The position numbers and the translations under genes are program-made. The notes below the pieces were generated by a model. The model saw only the letters and a program-made list of their open reading frames with translations, made no database searches and was not told the DNA's origin. 64,000 nucleotides of DNA from Candidatus Faecousia intestinigallinarum (GTDB lineage Bacteria > Bacillota > Clostridia > Oscillospirales > Oscillospiraceae): assembly GCA_018715805.1 (NCBI GenBank), contig DVKX01000071.1, positions 17,074 to 81,073 on the forward strand. The letters run 5' to 3'. Below are positions 28,319-37,156 of this stretch, one piece after another (position 1 is the first letter of the stretch; every line of letters begins with the position of its first letter).

Positions 28319-29650
28319 ATGGCAAAGCCTTTGGTAGCCATTGTGGGGCGGCCCAATGTGGGCAAGTCCATGTTGTTTAACAAGCTTACCGGCCGGCGCG
28401 TCTCCATTGTGGAAGATACGCCCGGCGTTACAAGGGATCGTATATATGGAGAGTGCGAGTGGTGCGGCAGAAAATTCTCCTTGGTGGATACCGGCGGTAT
28501 TGAGCCGGGGACGGAGAGCGATATGCTGAGATTTATGCGCCGTCAAGCGGAGATTGGCATTGAACTGGCAGACTGCATTGTGATGGTGGTGGATGTACAC
28601 GCGGGAGTGACTGCTGCGGACATGGATGTGGCCACGATGCTGCGCAAATCCGGCAAGCCGGTGGCGCTGGCGGTGAACAAGTGCGACAGTATCGGGCCTA
28701 CGAACCCGGATGTGTACGAGTTTTATGGCCTGGGAATTGGCGACCTGTTTGAAATTTCCGCCATCCATGGCCATGGCACAGGCGATTTGCTGGATTGGTG
28801 CTTAGCGCAATTCCCGGAGGAAACCGGGGAGGAAGAGGAAAACGACGTGATCAATGTGGCGATCGTCGGCAAGCCCAATGTGGGCAAATCCAGCCTCCTA
28901 AACCGGATTCTAGGGGAGGAGCGGGTGATCGTGTCCGATGTGGCTGGCACCACCCGGGACGCCATCGACAGTTTTTTTGAAAATGAACACGGCAAATACT
29001 GCTTCATCGATACGGCGGGGATGCGCAGGAAAAGCAAGGTGGACGATGCCATTGAAAGATACTCCAATCTGCGCACCATCAACGCCATTGAGCGCTCAGA
29101 TGTATGCTTGATCCTCATTGATGCCAATGAAGGCGTTACAGAGCAGGATACCAAGATTGCCGGACTGGTGCATGAAGCGGGCAAGGCCGCTATCATCGTG
29201 GTGAATAAGTGGGACGCGGTGGAGGACAAGCAGACCAACACCATGCGGGACAAGGAGGCGGATATTCGCGGGGATTTGAGCTATATGACCTATGCTCCGG
29301 TGGTGTTTCTGTCCGCGCTCACCGGTCAGCGGGTGGACAGGCTCTTTGCGGTTATTGAAGCCGTGTTTGCACAGAATACCAGCCGGATCACAACGGGAAT
29401 GCTGAACAGCGTTCTGGCGGATGCCACTGCTCGGGTGCAGCCGCCTACGGATAAGGGGCGCAGATTAAAAATCTATTATATGACCCAGGCGGGTACAAAG
29501 CCGCCGCATTTTGTCATTTTTTGCAATGACGCGCGGCTGTTTCATTTTTCTTATCAACGCTATTTGGAAAACCAGATCCGGGAGGTCTTTGGACTTCAGG
29601 GTACGCCTGTGCGGATCACCATTCGACAGAAGGGCGATAAGGAGGAATAA
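28319..29650 (+). CDS. der: Ribosome biogenesis GTPase Der (EngA)
   Basis: Two G-domains (GRPNVGKS, GKPNVGKS; DTGG/DTAG; NKCD/NKWD) and a KH-like C-terminus. Confidence 0.97.
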   Translation: MAKPLVAIVGRPNVGKSMLFNKLTGRRVSIVEDTPGVTRDRIYGECEWCGRKFSLVDTGGIEPGTESDMLRFMRRQAEIGIELADCIVMVVDVHAGVTAADMDVATMLRKSGKPVALAVNKCDSIGPTNPDVYEFYGLGIGDLFEISAIHGHGTGDLLDWCLAQFPEETGEEEENDVINVAIVGKPNVGKSSLLNRILGEERVIVSDVAGTTRDAIDSFFENEHGKYCFIDTAGMRRKSKVDDAIERYSNLRTINAIERSDVCLILIDANEGVTEQDTKIAGLVHEAGKAAIIVVNKWDAVEDKQTNTMRDKEADIRGDLSYMTYAPVVFLSALTGQRVDRLFAVIEAVFAQNTSRITTGMLNSVLADATARVQPPTDKGRRLKIYYMTQAGTKPPHFVIFCNDARLFHFSYQRYLENQIREVFGLQGTPVRITIRQKGDKEE

Positions 29651-29652
29651 GG

Positions 29653-30279
29653 ATGGCGTATCCCATTATCATCGCTGTGCTGGCAGGGTACTTGCTGGGC
29701 AATCTGAACGGCGCCGTATGCATATCCACGCTTTTGAACCATGAGGATGTACGCGACCGCGGCAGCGGCAATGCGGGCTTCACCAATTTCACCCGGAATT
29801 ATGGAATTGCCGGCGCTGGACTGGTAATGCTCATCGATGCGGGAAAAGCGGTCATGGCCTGCCTGCTGGGCGGCCTGCTGCTGCGACCCTACGGTTTGGA
29901 AACAGAAGGTATGATGCTGGGAGCGGTGAGCGTATCCCTGGGGCACGATTTCCCGGCGCTGCTGGGCTTCCGGGGCGGCAAGGGCATTCTCAGCGGTTTT
30001 GCCTGTATTATCGTCATTGATTGGCGCAGCGCCCTGATCGTGGGCTTGGTATTCGGCTTGGCCTATCTGCTTACTGGCTATGTTTCCCTTGGCTCGGTGC
30101 TGGGTGCGGCGACTTACGCCCTGTGCTATGGCATTTTTTGGCGGGAGCACCCTTGGGTAATGGCAGGCGGTATCTTTTTGGGTCTGCTGGCGCTGTTTAT
30201 GCATCGGCAGAATATTGTCCGGCTGGTGAAGGGTCAGGAGCGAAAGACAAATCTGTTTCAAAAGGAGAAGAGAAAATGA
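29653..30279 (+). CDS. plsY: Glycerol-3-phosphate acyltransferase PlsY
   Basis: GSGNAGFTN, GHDFP, FRGGKG, HRQNIVRL. Confidence 0.93.
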   Translation: MAYPIIIAVLAGYLLGNLNGAVCISTLLNHEDVRDRGSGNAGFTNFTRNYGIAGAGLVMLIDAGKAVMACLLGGLLLRPYGLETEGMMLGAVSVSLGHDFPALLGFRGGKGILSGFACIIVIDWRSALIVGLVFGLAYLLTGYVSLGSVLGAATYALCYGIFWREHPWVMAGGIFLGLLALFMHRQNIVRLVKGQERKTNLFQKEKRK

Positions 30280-31274
30280 GGGCGGCAGTGGTTGGCAGCG
30301 GCGCTTGGGGGACGGCTCTGGCGCTGCGGCTTTTCGCCAACGGCCACGAGGTTACCCTGTGGTCGCATAATGCGGAAAAGGCGAGGCAAATGGCGCAGAC
30401 CCGGGAGAATCCCGTGCTTGCCGGCGTGCAATTGCCGGAGGAGCTGATCGTCACGGGAGAAGCGCGGAGTGTTTCCGGCTGCAAGCTGGTGGTAATTGCT
30501 TGCCCGTCGTTTCCGATCCGCCAGGTTTGCGGACAGATAGCCCCCTTCCTGGACGCCGATGCAGTGCTGGTATCCGTTACCAAAGGGCTTGAAGCGGATA
30601 CCCTGCTGCGGATGAGCCAGATTGTGGAGGAGGTTACCGGCCGGCCTGTGGTGGCGCTGACAGGGCCAAGCCACGCAGAGGAGGTGGCAAGAAACAACCC
30701 TACTGGCTGCGTGGCCGCCTGCCCGGACAAGGCGCTGGCGGAATTCGTGCAGGATGCGTTTATGGCGGACAGTTTCCGGGTATATACCAGCCCCGATATT
30801 ATTGGCGCGGAACTGGGAGGCGCATTGAAAAATGTCATCGCCCTGTGCGTGGGGGTATGCGATGGTATGGGTCTTGGAGACAATGCGAAAGCAATGCTCA
30901 TGACCCGGGGGCTGACGGAGATCGCCCGCCTGGGTGTGGCCATGGGGGCGCGGCGAGAGACCTTTGCTGGGCTGGCCGGTGTCGGCGACCTGATTGTGAC
31001 GGGTACTTCCCGACACTCCCGCAACCGGAAGGCAGGAATGCTGCTGGGTCAGGGGAAACGACCCGAGGAAGCCCTGCGGGAAGTGGGTGCGGTGGTGGAG
31101 GGCTACTACTGCGCCAAGTCGGCATTTGCCCTGTGCTGCAAACAGGGCGTGGAAATGCCCATTGTGGAAGCGGCCTACGGCCTGCTGTACCGGGGAGAAG
31201 ACGCTTCGGAGGCAGTTCGCCGGCTGCTGATGCGGCAGCGCCGGGCGGAATCTGAGGACGCCGGCTGGAACTGA
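30276..31274 (+). CDS. gpsA: NAD(P)H-dependent glycerol-3-phosphate dehydrogenase
   Basis: GSGAWGTA, TKGLE, GPSHAEEV, GALKNVIA, GVGDLIVT..SRN; start ATG 30276. Confidence 0.96.
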   Translation: MRAAVVGSGAWGTALALRLFANGHEVTLWSHNAEKARQMAQTRENPVLAGVQLPEELIVTGEARSVSGCKLVVIACPSFPIRQVCGQIAPFLDADAVLVSVTKGLEADTLLRMSQIVEEVTGRPVVALTGPSHAEEVARNNPTGCVAACPDKALAEFVQDAFMADSFRVYTSPDIIGAELGGALKNVIALCVGVCDGMGLGDNAKAMLMTRGLTEIARLGVAMGARRETFAGLAGVGDLIVTGTSRHSRNRKAGMLLGQGKRPEEALREVGAVVEGYYCAKSAFALCCKQGVEMPIVEAAYGLLYRGEDASEAVRRLLMRQRRAESEDAGWN

Positions 31275-31372
31275 CAAACAAAAACAAAAAGCGCGGTCTG
31301 CCATTTGGCGGTTCCGCGCTTTGTCAGCAAAAAACGCCGCCGGAAAACCGACGGCGTTATTGGCGGCAGGAA

Positions 31373-31561
31373 TCAGATAGCCCGCTCGACCTTGTTGGAA
31401 CGGAGGCATCTGGTACAAGCGTACACATGGCACGGAGTTCCGTTGACAATGGCCTTGACCCGCTTCACGTTGGGCTTCCAAGTCCGATTGGAGCGTCTGT
31501 GGGAATGGGAAACCTTAATACCAAAGGTAACGCCCTTGCCACAATAATCACACTTCGCCAT
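31373..31561 (-). CDS. rpmB: 50S ribosomal protein L28 (Zn-type)
   Basis: MAKCDYCGK..SHSHRRSNRTWKPNVK..CTRCLRS. Confidence 0.97.
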   Translation of the reverse strand: MAKCDYCGKGVTFGIKVSHSHRRSNRTWKPNVKRVKAIVNGTPCHVYACTRCLRSNKVERAI

Positions 31562-31748
31562 TCACTGCACCTCCCATCAAATCATAATTTCAAAATCACA
31601 CCTGCCATAGGCGCTTTGCTATGATACCAAATATCGGGAAAAAAAGCAAGTACTTTTTTCGCTTTTTTTGGTTTTTTTGAAAAATGGGTTGCTATTGACC
31701 GCATGGATAGGTATAATTGAGGAAAACCATGAAAGAGGGGAACGGGGC

Positions 31749-32702
31749 ATGGCGCAGAGTTATTGCGTACCGCTGACGGAACTGGTAGAAAAGTTTCATC
31801 TGGAAGTTATTTATGCAGCTACGGACTATGAGTCCATTCGCTTGACCGTAGAGGACGTGGCGCGCCCCGGGCTGCAGCTGGCAGGCTATTTCGACCATTT
31901 TGAGCCAATGCGTCTGCAAGTTGTTGGAAATGTGGAGATCAGCTTTCTGCTTAAACTCACCAGCGCGGAACGGACGATCATCTTTGACCGCTTTTTTTCC
32001 TATAAATGTCCGGCGCTGCTGATCGCCCGGAATATGGAACCACTGCCGGAATGCCTGGAAATGGCCAAGAAGCACAATGTCACCCTGCTGCATTCCCCGG
32101 AGGCCACCAGCACCATCGTCTCGGCCATCATCGCCTATCTGAAGTCCGCTTTGGCGCCGCGAATTGTTCGTCACGGCGTAATGATGGAGATTTATGGCGA
32201 AGGCGTGCTGATCTTGGGAGAGAGCGGCTTGGGCAAGAGCGAGGCGGCGGTGGAGCTGGTGAAGCGGGGCCACCGCCTGGTGGCGGACGACGCCGTGGAG
32301 ATCCGCAAAATATCGGAAGGCTCCCTGATGGCCTCTGCGCCGGAGATTGTGCGCAACTTCGTGGAGCTGCGGGGAATTGGAATTGTGAATGTGGCGCAGC
32401 TGTTTGGCGCGGGTGCTGTCCGGCGGGAAGCGGAGATCAACCTGGTTGTGAATATTGTGCCGTGGAACCACGGCGAGGCTTACGACCGTATGGGCGTGGA
32501 GACGCAGTATATGGAAATCCTGGATTCCAAAATCCCAATGAATACCATTCCCATTACGCCAGGCAGAAATCTGGCGGTGATCCTGGAAGTGGCGGCCATG
32601 AACAACCGCCAGCGGAAAATGGGCTATAACCCCGGCCTGGAGTTTACCAGGCAGCTGGATCAACACATGGAGCGGGAAACACAGAGACATTTACCACTAT
32701 GA
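31749..32702 (+). CDS. hprK: HPr(Ser) kinase/phosphatase
   Basis: RPGLQLAG, HGVMM, GESGLGKSE, HRLVADD, ELRGIGI, PGRNLAVILE. Confidence 0.97.
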   Translation: MAQSYCVPLTELVEKFHLEVIYAATDYESIRLTVEDVARPGLQLAGYFDHFEPMRLQVVGNVEISFLLKLTSAERTIIFDRFFSYKCPALLIARNMEPLPECLEMAKKHNVTLLHSPEATSTIVSAIIAYLKSALAPRIVRHGVMMEIYGEGVLILGESGLGKSEAAVELVKRGHRLVADDAVEIRKISEGSLMASAPEIVRNFVELRGIGIVNVAQLFGAGAVRREAEINLVVNIVPWNHGEAYDRMGVETQYMEILDSKIPMNTIPITPGRNLAVILEVAAMNNRQRKMGYNPGLEFTRQLDQHMERETQRHLPL

Positions 32703-33664
32703 AAGAACTGACGATTGCAAAGAACGACGCAGGTCAGCGGCTGGATCGCTTTTTGGCCAAAGCGGTTCCGCTGCTGCCGGCGTCCTTAGCGCAGAAATAT
32801 ATCCGCATCAAGCGCATTAAGCGGAACAATGCCCGCTGTCAGCGGGATGATCGGCTGGAAGCGGGGGATACCCTCCAGCTGTATATCAACGACGAATTTT
32901 TTGATACCCCCCGGGAGGAGAACGCCTACCTGACGGTGGCGGCTCCCAAGCTGAACATTGTCTACGAGGACGAGCATATTCTTCTGGTGGATAAGCGGCC
33001 TGGCGTAGCCGTCCACCCGCACGACGGAGCGGAATATGGCCGAACCCTCATTGACCATGTTCAGGCGTATCTCTATCAGAAGCGGGAATGGAACCCCCGG
33101 GGAGAGCAGGCGTTTACGCCGGCGCTTTGCAACCGCATTGACCGGAATACCGGCGGCATCGTTATTGCAGCCAAGACGGCGGAGGCGCTGCGGGTGATGA
33201 ATCAGAAGATCAAGGATCGGGAACTGGACAAGCGGTATCTGGCCATTGTGGAGGGAGCGCCCAAACCTGCCAGAGGGGCTTTGAAGGGATACCTCTGGAA
33301 AGACGCCAAGAAAAACCGGGTATTCATCACGGACACGCCCCAAGCCGGGGCGAAAAGCTGCGAGACGCGGTACGTGACCCTGGCCAGCCGAAACGGGCTG
33401 TCGCTGGTGGAATGTGAACTGATCACAGGGCGTACCCACCAGATTCGGGCGCAGTTTGCCCACAGCGGCCACCCCTTGCTGGGAGATGGGAAATATGGCA
33501 AGCTGGATAAGCGCTTTGACCGGAATTATCAGGCGCTTTACTCCTATAAACTGACGTTCCGCTTCGCCACAGATGCGGGGGCGCTGGCCTATCTGGACGG
33601 AAAAACCTTTCAGGTGGCTGGGGTGGATTTTGTGCAGGAATATTTTCCCGATGTGAAACTATAA
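32699..33664 (+). CDS. RluA/RluC-family pseudouridine synthase
   Basis: S4 domain GQRLDRFL; NRIDRNTGG with catalytic Asp; TGRTHQIR. Confidence 0.95.
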   Translation: MKELTIAKNDAGQRLDRFLAKAVPLLPASLAQKYIRIKRIKRNNARCQRDDRLEAGDTLQLYINDEFFDTPREENAYLTVAAPKLNIVYEDEHILLVDKRPGVAVHPHDGAEYGRTLIDHVQAYLYQKREWNPRGEQAFTPALCNRIDRNTGGIVIAAKTAEALRVMNQKIKDRELDKRYLAIVEGAPKPARGALKGYLWKDAKKNRVFITDTPQAGAKSCETRYVTLASRNGLSLVECELITGRTHQIRAQFAHSGHPLLGDGKYGKLDKRFDRNYQALYSYKLTFRFATDAGALAYLDGKTFQVAGVDFVQEYFPDVKL

Positions 33665-33769
33665 AAACGCTGGAGCGCGTAAGCACTCCAAACGAGAGTC
33701 TGTCGGAACCTTTGGGCGTGACAGACAAATACCGGGGTACCTTCCAACGGCACCCCGGTAAATTTTGGC

Positions 33770-34672
33770 TTATGCGGCGGCTTTGACTTTGCGGGGAACT
33801 GGGAGCTGGGACAGAAGGACGGCCAGAAAAACCAGCGCGCAGCCGATGGCTTCCATGGCGCTGAGCGTTTCGCCCAGCAGCAGCCAGCCGAAAAGCAGGG
33901 CAAATACGGATTCCAGGCTCATGATCAGGGAAGCCGCCGCGGGTTCCAGATGCCGCTGTCCAAGGATTTGCAGGGAGTAGGCGGCTCCCATGGAGAGGAA
34001 GCCCGCGTAGCACAGCGGCGCCATGCATCCGACGATGCCCTGCCAGGTGGGAGTCTCCGTGAAGAGCATAATCACGGCGGAGAAGACGGAGCATAAGGCG
34101 GCCTGCAGACAGTTGAGCCGCAGAGGATCCACTTGGGATGCGAAGATGTCTATAAAGGTGATTTGCACGGCAAACATAAGTGCGCAGCCCATGAGGCATA
34201 GATCGCCCAGGCTGATTCGGGTTACGCCTACACAGCTGAGCAGGTACAGCCCTGCCACTGCCAACGCCACGCTGATTGGCACCATGGGGGAGGGCTTGCG
34301 CCGGAGGAACAGGCCAAGAATGGGTACAATGACAATATACATGGCGGTCAGAAAGGCGGATTTCCCCGCGTCTGTGGTAATAAGCCCCACCTGCTGCAGG
34401 CTGGTGGCCAGGAATAGGGGAATGGAGCAGGCGAAGCCGGCTTTCCAGAGACGCTTATCCCGCCAGCGGATGGAGAAGGTCTTGCCGTCTTTCTTCCGCT
34501 TGTCCGCTAGGAAAATCACAGGCAGCAGTCCGACCACGGCCATGGCGCAGCGGACGGCCTGGAAGGTAAATGGGCCGATATAATCCATGCCTACGCTCTG
34601 CGCCACAAACGCGGAGCCCCAGATAATGGTGCCCAGCAGCAGACACAGGCTCCCTTGCAATTGCTTTTTCAT
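33770..34672 (-). CDS. DMT/EamA-family transporter
   Basis: IWGSAFVAQS, GKSAFLTAMY, LIMSLESVF; about 10 TMs; start could be 34699. Confidence 0.9.
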   Translation of the reverse strand: MKKQLQGSLCLLLGTIIWGSAFVAQSVGMDYIGPFTFQAVRCAMAVVGLLPVIFLADKRKKDGKTFSIRWRDKRLWKAGFACSIPLFLATSLQQVGLITTDAGKSAFLTAMYIVIVPILGLFLRRKPSPMVPISVALAVAGLYLLSCVGVTRISLGDLCLMGCALMFAVQITFIDIFASQVDPLRLNCLQAALCSVFSAVIMLFTETPTWQGIVGCMAPLCYAGFLSMGAAYSLQILGQRHLEPAAASLIMSLESVFALLFGWLLLGETLSAMEAIGCALVFLAVLLSQLPVPRKVKAAA

Positions 34673-34778
34673 GAAAATCACCGGGAGATACTCTACCATA
34701 TTCCGCCGGGATTTGCAAGTAATTGCTTTTTGAAAAATCTGTGGTATAATGAAAAGAAAATTTAGGAGGAATACTGCT

Positions 34779-36581
34779 ATGCCTGAAATTATGAAAATCC
34801 GCCAGCGCTCGGAGATTCCCGAGGAGGACACCTGGGCGACGGAGGATCTGTATCCCACTGATGCGGCCTGGGAGCAGGAACTGGCTGCTTTGGAAGCAGA
34901 CAAGGCCATGCTGGCGTCCTACGCCGGGAAGCTGAGCGGCGCGGAGGATTTGCTGGCTTACCTGACCGCCATGGAGCAGGTAAATGAAAAGGTCGGCCGT
35001 CTGGCAAATTACTGTATGCGCAAGTCCGATGTGGATACCCGGGACGCGTTCTATCGGAGCATGGCGGGCGCGTTTCAGACGGCGGCTGTGGCGCTTTCTG
35101 CGGCTTGCAGCTTTGAAACCCCGGAAATCATGGCGCTCAGCGACCAGCAGCTGGACGCCTTCTATCAGCAATGCCCGGGATTGGAGCGGTATCGCCGGTA
35201 TCTGACGGACGTCCGCCGCCGGAAAGCGCATACCCTGTCCGAGCAGGAGGAAAAGCTGCTGGCCTCCGCAAGGGAAATCTCTGACACGGCGAACAATACC
35301 TATGAGTCCTTGGCGTATGCGGACATGACCTTCCCCGACGCGGTGGACGCACAGGGGAACGCCCATGGCCTGGGCGCGGGAAACTTCGTGACCTTTGAGG
35401 AAAGCCCGGATCGCGTTCTGCGCAAAAGCGCCTATGAGAATCTATATCACACCTTTGCCGGGGTGAAAAATACTGCCGCGTCGCTGCTGAATGGTCATTT
35501 CAAGCAGCTTAAGTTCCATGCTGACGCACGGAAATATCCGTTTACGCTGGACGCGGCGCTGGATCGAAACGCTGTGCCCACTTCCGTATACTACAATCTC
35601 ATTGATGCGGTGCACCAGAACCTGGACAAACTGCATCGGTATGTGCGCCTGCGCAAGAAGCTGCTGGGCGTGGAGGAACTGCATTTCTACGATATTTATA
35701 TGCCTCTGTTGGCGGATGTGGACAAGCATATCCCCATTGAGGAGGCCAAGCAGACGGTATACGACGCTCTCCATGTGCTGGGAGACGATTACCAAAAAGT
35801 GCTGCGGGAGGGCTTTGAGAACCGCTGGATTGACGTTTACCCCAATGTGGGCAAGCGCAGCGGCGCATACTCCGCCGGCGCGGCGGTGCACCCCTATGTT
35901 CTGCTGAACCACACCGGTACCTTGGATAATCAATTCACATTAGCACACGAAATGGGTCACGCCCTCCACTCCTACTATTCCAACCATAAGCAGAACCCTG
36001 TGGACAGCCGGTATTGTATTTTTGTGGCGGAGGTGGCTTCTACCTGCAACGAGGCGCTGCTGATGGAATACTTGCTGGGGAAGACCACGGATAAGCGGGA
36101 GCGAGCCTATCTCATCAACCATTTCCTGGATCAGTTCAAAGGGACGCTGTACCGCCAAACCATGTTTGCGGAGTTTGAGCTTTTCATGGGCAAAGCGGTG
36201 CAGGAGGGGAAGACGCTGACTGCGGATATGCTGTGCGCGGAGTACCGCCGGCTGAACGAAATGTACTATGGCTCGGATATGGTGGTGGATGATGAGATCG
36301 CTATGGAGTGGGCAAGGATCCCGCATTTCTATATGAATTACTATGTATTCCAGTACGCCACCGGATATTCCGCCGCCATTGCCCTGTCCCGCCGCATCCT
36401 GTCGGAAGGCGCGCCGGCGGTGCAGGATTATCTGAATTTCCTGTCCGGCGGATGCAGCAAGCCGCCGCTGGAGCTGCTTCGGGGCGCGGGCGTGGATATG
36501 GAGCGTGTGGAGCCGATAAATCAGGCGCTGGCACTTTTCGACACGCTGCTGGATGAGATGGAAGCGCTGACGCAGGAGTAA
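34779..36581 (+). CDS. pepF: Oligoendopeptidase F (M3B)
   Basis: KRSGAYS, HPYVLLN, TLAHEMGHALH, AEVAST, WARIPHFY. Confidence 0.96.
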   Translation: MPEIMKIRQRSEIPEEDTWATEDLYPTDAAWEQELAALEADKAMLASYAGKLSGAEDLLAYLTAMEQVNEKVGRLANYCMRKSDVDTRDAFYRSMAGAFQTAAVALSAACSFETPEIMALSDQQLDAFYQQCPGLERYRRYLTDVRRRKAHTLSEQEEKLLASAREISDTANNTYESLAYADMTFPDAVDAQGNAHGLGAGNFVTFEESPDRVLRKSAYENLYHTFAGVKNTAASLLNGHFKQLKFHADARKYPFTLDAALDRNAVPTSVYYNLIDAVHQNLDKLHRYVRLRKKLLGVEELHFYDIYMPLLADVDKHIPIEEAKQTVYDALHVLGDDYQKVLREGFENRWIDVYPNVGKRSGAYSAGAAVHPYVLLNHTGTLDNQFTLAHEMGHALHSYYSNHKQNPVDSRYCIFVAEVASTCNEALLMEYLLGKTTDKRERAYLINHFLDQFKGTLYRQTMFAEFELFMGKAVQEGKTLTADMLCAEYRRLNEMYYGSDMVVDDEIAMEWARIPHFYMNYYVFQYATGYSAAIALSRRILSEGAPAVQDYLNFLSGGCSKPPLELLRGAGVDMERVEPINQALALFDTLLDEMEALTQE

Positions 36582-36582
36582 T

Positions 36583-36849
36583 ATGCCGAAGATTTTTATT
36601 CCGACGTTGCACACGTTCGCCATGAACAACATTTTTACAGGCTCCTGCGGCGCCTTCCGGTTTCGGGCGGCTCCGCAGGTGGTTATGAAAACGCCCAAGG
36701 AAGTGGATATGGAATCCAGTTCCATCGTTGCAGAGTGCTGGCACGGCCCATGGTGCTATGAAAAGAGCACCATGGAAGACCGGCAGGAGTTTCCCATGAG
36801 TGAAGAAGGCCGTCAGGCACTGCTGCAATGGCTGACGGAGAGAGTGTGA
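36583..36849 (+). CDS. Hypothetical protein
   Basis: Starts 1 nt after the pepF stop with GGAG upstream; compact globular-looking sequence. Confidence 0.7.
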   Translation: MPKIFIPTLHTFAMNNIFTGSCGAFRFRAAPQVVMKTPKEVDMESSSIVAECWHGPWCYEKSTMEDRQEFPMSEEGRQALLQWLTERV

Positions 36850-36902
36850 CTTTTTTCGGGAAAACCATTGACAAATCCGGTATTTGTGGTAGAATAACCA
36901 CG

Positions 36903-37125
36903 ATATGGAAAGACTATGCGGAAACCAAGCAGTTGTTTGTTTCTTCAGCGAGAGGGGAACGGTGAAAGCCCTTGGAACAGGCGCTGCAAGCCACTTCCAA
37001 GTCGCCCGGGAAGACCGGGACGGGTGTTCCCGTTACAGAGCAGCTAAGATGCCGGAGGAGTTCCGGTAATTAGGGTGGTACCGCGATTCACCTCGCCCCT
37101 ATGTTCAGGGGCGAGGTATTTTTTT
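36903..37125 (+). ncRNA. T-box riboswitch (Ala)
   Basis: Promoter TTGACA..TAGAAT; AGCGAGAG and GGTGAAAG boxes; specifier region 36981-36988 GCGCTGCA contains Ala codons; T-box AATTAGGGTGGTACCGCG (37068-85); terminator CCTCGCCCCT/AGGGGCGAGG plus T run. Confidence 0.93.
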
Positions 37126-37156
37126 GAAGATGTATTTATTTTGGAGGTAGAATCCT

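Noticed and set aside
33665-33770. Three small hairpins between the convergent RluA and DMT genes
   Set aside because: Adequately explained as terminators and 3' structures of two convergent transcripts
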